From: Geopsychrobacteraceae bacterium
GTDB lineage: Bacteria; Desulfobacterota; Desulfuromonadia; Desulfuromonadales; Geopsychrobacteraceae
DNA length: 64,000 nucleotides
Direction of reading: 5' to 3'
NCBI GenBank assembly: GCA_963676795.2
Contig: CAXXTB010000001.1
Location: 1,088,001-1,152,000, forward strand
Part shown: positions 60,104 through 64,000 of the stretch, piece by piece
How positions within the stretch are numbered: the stretch's first letter is position 1
How the letters are laid out: the number at the start of each line of letters is the position of its first letter
Made by a program: the position numbers and the translations under genes
The notes under the pieces: generated by a model
What the model was told of the DNA's origin: nothing
The model's input: the letters and a program-made list of their open reading frames with translations, nothing else
Databases searched by the model: none

Positions 60104-60979
60104 TCAGATTGCCTGTTTTTCCAGTGCTTCGAGGTCGAGATCTTGGCCGATCAACCCTGCAGCGTCTGCACGGCACTGCTTGCAGTGACGAGCCTGGGAA
60201 AGGATGAGTTCAGCCTGATTACGAACCATATCCATGGTCAGAGCCGAAGGAGCTTCGATGCCTTCAAACTTACCAACCGGAATGATCGGCATGATGTTCA
60301 TCATGGTTGCACCCAGCTCTCGGACCTTGACGGCGAGATCGAGGGTTTCATGGTCATTGACGCCGGGGATGTAGACGTGGTTGACCTTGACCATCAGGCC
60401 CGCTTCGGCAGCCAGTTTGACACCCGCGAGCTGTTTCTCCAGCAGGAAGGCCGCACCTTCGACCCCTTCAAGTTTCAAATGGTCGTATCTTATCCATTCG
60501 TAGACCTTGGCGCCGGTTTCCGGAGTCAGGGCGTTGATGGTAACGGTCAGACTGTGAATACCGAGTTCCTTGATCTGCTCCATGCTTTCCGGCAGGCGCA
60601 GGCCGTTGGTCGACAGACAGAGGGTCATGTCCGGATGGGCTTCACGTACCAGTTTGAAGGTCTCAAAGGTTTTCGGGTTGGCCAGGGGATCTCCAGGACC
60701 GGCAATACCGACGACTTTCAGGCTTGGACCATCCTGCTTCTCCATATGGCGCTTGACCAGTTCAACCCGTCTGAGCGCTTGCTCAGGGGTCAGAACCTTG
60801 CTGGTGATACCCGGACGGCTTTCGTTGACGCAGTCATACTTGCGTTCGCAGAAGCCGCACTTGATATTGCAGCCAGGGGCTACAGGCAAATGAACGCGTG
60901 CAGCTTTATTGTGGTCACCACCAAAGCAGGGGTGGTCGGTTTGTCTTTGTGCCTTCATCATGGGACATGTGCCAGCCAT
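60104..60979 (-). CDS. nifB: Stand-alone radical SAM NifB (FeMo-cofactor core synthesis; no fused NifX domain)
   Basis: HPCF, RVHLPVAPGCNIKCGFC, ESRPG, IAGPGDPLAN, CKQCRADA. Confidence 0.9.
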   Translation of the reverse strand: MAGTCPMMKAQRQTDHPCFGGDHNKAARVHLPVAPGCNIKCGFCERKYDCVNESRPGITSKVLTPEQALRRVELVKRHMEKQDGPSLKVVGIAGPGDPLANPKTFETFKLVREAHPDMTLCLSTNGLRLPESMEQIKELGIHSLTVTINALTPETGAKVYEWIRYDHLKLEGVEGAAFLLEKQLAGVKLAAEAGLMVKVNHVYIPGVNDHETLDLAVKVRELGATMMNIMPIIPVGKFEGIEAPSALTMDMVRNQAELILSQARHCKQCRADAAGLIGQDLDLEALEKQAI

Positions 60980-61226
60980 AACAGTTCTCCTGTCGAAAAC
61001 GGGTTGTTTCAGTCGGAGCGACGTCGCTCACAGGCTTTAAATAGGGGATTTTTGTTGCCTGCTGTTTTCCGGCACTTCGTCGTACTGGAGAGATCTATTG
61101 GAAATCCTCTTAAAGGCGAGGATCATATTTTAAAAATTCAGGGCAAAACACACCTCAGGATTGCGTATTGCCCTTGCCATTGGCGATTGCAGCTCAGGGA
61201 CTTTTGAAGGGGGCGAAAACGCCCCA

Positions 61227-61577
61227 CTATTTTGTTTCCTGGTACTTCTCGACCAGATCGTTGGCCAGCTTCAGCGCTGGGGCGATCTCGGCAGAGGTTG
61301 TCACCGGCAGGATGCCGGCTTTTAACAGTTCTTCTCTTGGCAGTTGCCCGATCATGGCCGTAACCACGGCCTGACAGCCGCTAAGCGCCTTGACGATACC
61401 GTCAAACTGGCGATGGCGGAACGGGTTGTCCGGATCGAACTGGCAGTATTTGTCTACTGAAACTTCATCCACCTGCTCGTAAGAGTCATTGCTGTAGTCA
61501 TAGATCAGAAAACGCTCTGCATGACCAAAGTGCTGATCGATTTCGGTACCCGATTTTGTGGCAACTGCGATCTTCAT
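61227..61577 (-). CDS. NifB/NifX-family FeMo-cofactor-binding protein
   Basis: IAVAT...IDQHFGHAERFLIY motif within the nif cluster. Confidence 0.85.
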   Translation of the reverse strand: MKIAVATKSGTEIDQHFGHAERFLIYDYSNDSYEQVDEVSVDKYCQFDPDNPFRHRQFDGIVKALSGCQAVVTAMIGQLPREELLKAGILPVTTSAEIAPALKLANDLVEKYQETK

Positions 61578-61593
61578 AGCTCAAAACGTCGAC

Positions 61594-61863
61594 TTAAGCT
61601 TCAAGCGTGATGTAGGTGTAGCATTTTTTCGGGCAGGCAACACCGCAACCTGCGCAGCCGATACAGTTATCCGGATTTGCAATGGTCATGACCATACGGT
61701 AGGTATCGGTCTCTTCATCAAAGGCATCCTTAGGTGCCAGAACCTTGCGGGAGCAGGCTTTGAAGCAACGTCCGCAACCGATGCACTTTTCTTCATCGAT
61801 CTTGTCCGCAAAGGTCGGGGTCCAGGACTTGCCCCCTCTGTTTTTACCAGTCAATAAGGCCAT
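61594..61863 (-). CDS. fdxB: nif-specific ferredoxin III
   Basis: [36 protein letters not shown]. Confidence 0.88.
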   Translation of the reverse strand: MALLTGKNRGGKSWTPTFADKIDEEKCIGCGRCFKACSRKVLAPKDAFDEETDTYRMVMTIANPDNCIGCAGCGVACPKKCYTYITLEA

Positions 61864-61906
61864 CACTTATCTCCTTGATTAAATGATCTACTCGTTACTA
61901 ATTTCA

Positions 61907-62290
61907 TCAGGCAGGCTGGTCTGCTGATGCATTTTTCATCATGGCCTTGCGCAGCCAGGGTGGTGGGCTCTGGCGCAGGACCTCTTGCAGTTGTTCAATC
62001 GTATCCTTGATCGGCGCTCTTTCCTTGCTCTTCAAGGGGTGGATCTTCTTAGCGACCAGCCGCGCTGCGGCTGGTCCACCAATTTCTGCGACATAAACGA
62101 GGGCACAGTCGGCCAGGCTGGAGCAGCGAGCTTCAATCCGTTCGCCTTCGTCAGCACCTTCGGTCTTGACCTGGATGATACCGCTAAACTCTGCATCTTC
62201 CGGGCCAATCTCCCAGATGTAGAACTCTTCTGCACGACCAAAGTGTTGATTGATATTGATCTTGTCTGTGCTGGCAAATGCGACTTTCAT
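61907..62290 (-). CDS. nifX: Nitrogen fixation protein NifX
   Basis: MKVAFAST...NQHFG, IGGPAAARLV...IHPLK, PPPWLRKAM; AGGAG RBS. Confidence 0.92.
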   Translation of the reverse strand: MKVAFASTDKININQHFGRAEEFYIWEIGPEDAEFSGIIQVKTEGADEGERIEARCSSLADCALVYVAEIGGPAAARLVAKKIHPLKSKERAPIKDTIEQLQEVLRQSPPPWLRKAMMKNASADQPA

Positions 62291-62401
62291 ATAAGCTCCT
62301 GGATCTTTCTTCTGATCTATGATCTGAAGTTTACGAGTTCTGATCATAACTCTGCTCCATCTGGCAGACGTTTACGCCATCGCGTTTTACTGCATTTGTG
62401 C

Positions 62402-63865
62402 TTAGCGCATCATTTCGAACCACTGATCTTCACAGGTCTCGTCTTTGATATCGAGGAACTTGTTGCAGATCTGGGTCATGAAGTTGATGACGCCGTTGTA
62501 ACCGACAACCGGAGTACGGTGCAGGTTGATACGGTCGATGATCGGGAAGCCGATACGGAAGTGAGGAATCTTCAGATCACGGGCAACCCACTTACAGTGT
62601 GTATCACCGATGATGCCGTCGACTGGATCAGTTGCACAGAGGCTGCGCATATGCCAGAGGTCCTTGTTGACGTAGCAGGTCCCTTGCTGGCCGAATGGAG
62701 AGGAAGCGAGCAGCGCATCCATTTCCTTCTTGAACTTCTTGGTCTGACGGGAACAGACAACATGGTAAGGAATCGCGCCCAGTTCCATCAGGAAGGAGAC
62801 GATGCCGAGCAGGTAATCCGGGTCGCCGGCAACAGCAAACTTCTTGCCGTGGATGTACTGATGACCATCGGTCATGGCGTCAACAGCGCGGCCACGCTCA
62901 AGTTTGATAGACTCTGGAATTTCCTTGCCGAAGGTTTCGCTCAGCTTCATCAGGAAGGCGTCGGTCTTCTTGATGCCCATCGGGAAGTCCATGGTCATGA
63001 CTTCGCCGCTGAATTCTTCGTTCATCCACTTGATGGTGTTGGTGGTGCAGTACTTCATCAGCGAGATGGTTGTCTTGCCGTTGATGCTTTCTGCGGCATC
63101 GTTCAGGTCGGTACCACCTGGGTAGAGCTTGTAGTTACCATCGCAGACTGCGTCGAACTGAGCGGTGGTGTCAGCCAGCATGGTGTAAGGGATATCCATG
63201 GCTTCCAGATATTTCTTGTACTCATGCAGGTTGCCCATGTTGCCGTCAAAGCCCGGGATCAGGTTCAGTTTGCCGGTGCACTTGCCTTCAACCTTCTTGC
63301 CTTCGGTCAGGGTCTCAAGGATCGACTTGAGCATCGCATCGTAACCGTTGATGTGGGTGCCGTTGAAGCTTGGGGTGTTGGCAAACGGAGTCGGCAGTTC
63401 TTCCGGAATATGTCCCTGCAGCTTGGCGTTGGTGATGAAAGCACGCAGGTCGTCACCGATAACCTCTGGCATACAAGTGGTGTAGATGGCGAACATCTTC
63501 GGCTTGTACAGGGTGTAAGCGTTTTCCAGAGCTTCGAACAGGTTGGCCTGGCCACCGAAAACCGCGCCGTCCTCAGTCATCGCGCTACAGGTCGCTGCGG
63601 ATGGCTCACGGAAGTGACGGTTGAAGGTACTCCGGAAATAGGAAGCACACCCCTGGGAACCATGGACGAAAGGCAGAACGCCGTCGAAACCATGAGCAAC
63701 CATCTGGGCACCCAGTGGGTTACAAGCGTGGGCCGGGTTAACAACCAGGGCCTCACGGGCAAAGTTTTTCTCTTTGTACTCTTCAGTGTTGATCCAGTTT
63801 TTTACTCTCTCGATCTCTTCTTCAGAGTGGTGTGTCAATGATTTTGAAAAATTCGCTTCGCTCAT
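62402..63865 (-). CDS. nifK: Nitrogenase MoFe protein beta chain
   Basis: P-cluster Cys motifs NPAHAC, HGSQGC, TTCMPEVIGDD; ERGRAVDAMTD; C-terminal FEMMR. Confidence 0.96.
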   Translation of the reverse strand: MSEANFSKSLTHHSEEEIERVKNWINTEEYKEKNFAREALVVNPAHACNPLGAQMVAHGFDGVLPFVHGSQGCASYFRSTFNRHFREPSAATCSAMTEDGAVFGGQANLFEALENAYTLYKPKMFAIYTTCMPEVIGDDLRAFITNAKLQGHIPEELPTPFANTPSFNGTHINGYDAMLKSILETLTEGKKVEGKCTGKLNLIPGFDGNMGNLHEYKKYLEAMDIPYTMLADTTAQFDAVCDGNYKLYPGGTDLNDAAESINGKTTISLMKYCTTNTIKWMNEEFSGEVMTMDFPMGIKKTDAFLMKLSETFGKEIPESIKLERGRAVDAMTDGHQYIHGKKFAVAGDPDYLLGIVSFLMELGAIPYHVVCSRQTKKFKKEMDALLASSPFGQQGTCYVNKDLWHMRSLCATDPVDGIIGDTHCKWVARDLKIPHFRIGFPIIDRINLHRTPVVGYNGVINFMTQICNKFLDIKDETCEDQWFEMMR

Positions 63866-63941
63866 CGCGATACTCCTTATAACTTTAACGATCCCGGCGG
63901 CAGTTTAACTGCCACCGGAGTACTCGTAATTATTCGACCAA

Positions 63942-64000
63942 TTAGAACGGGCTCTTGACGAAAGACCAAGTTGGCGAGTTGATCGCCATGTCGATGTCAC
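63942..64000 (-). CDS. nifD: Nitrogenase MoFe protein alpha chain, C-terminal fragment
   Basis: Translates as (R)DIDMAINSPTWSFVKSPF-stop directly upstream of nifK. Confidence 0.85.
   Translation of the reverse strand, partial: DIDMAINSPTWSFVKSPF

Noticed and set aside
59831..63841. Long plus-strand ORFs of 458 and 618 aa
   Set aside because: Antisense shadows of nifB and nifK/nifX caused by codon bias; no motifs.

Overview
64 kb of mostly core chromosome. Gene content suggests an anaerobic deltaproteobacterium of the Desulfuromonadales/Geobacter type (inferred from the futalosine menaquinone genes, mglBA, the cytochrome b-linked NiFe hydrogenase and the nif arrangement). Contents, left to right: a membrane-bound NiFe hydrogenase operon, mmuM, an MFS transporter, acs, one intact IS3-family element (9201-10476, 3-bp target duplication ACT), a Na+-pumping oxaloacetate decarboxylase (oadGAB), an FbpABC-like ABC transporter, tRNA-Phe, aroF, serC, serA, mqnD/mqnB, mglBA, two tandem tRNA-Asn units, three orphan TRAP DctP paralogues, hypABCDEF, an OmpR/CpxR-like two-component system, a NuoE/NuoF/GltD-like flavoenzyme operon, LysR with pntAB, and the distal nif cluster (nifD end, nifK, nifX, ferredoxin, NifX-like, nifB). 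The most interesting signals are absent from the ORF track: (1) a 400-460 bp palindromic multi-hairpin repeat in three diverged copies, always between convergent genes, with compensatory base changes; (2) a 27-aa Phe/Tyr/Trp-rich leader peptide with antiterminator and terminator upstream of aroF; (3) an exported rhodanese with an in-frame UGA (CxU) and a SECIS-like hairpin; (4) a short Stn/NfnABC-like putative electron-bifurcating transhydrogenase near pntAB and nif; (5) small unannotated proteins, one with an SspB-like C-terminal tail. No CRISPR array, rRNA, prophage or integrase was seen.
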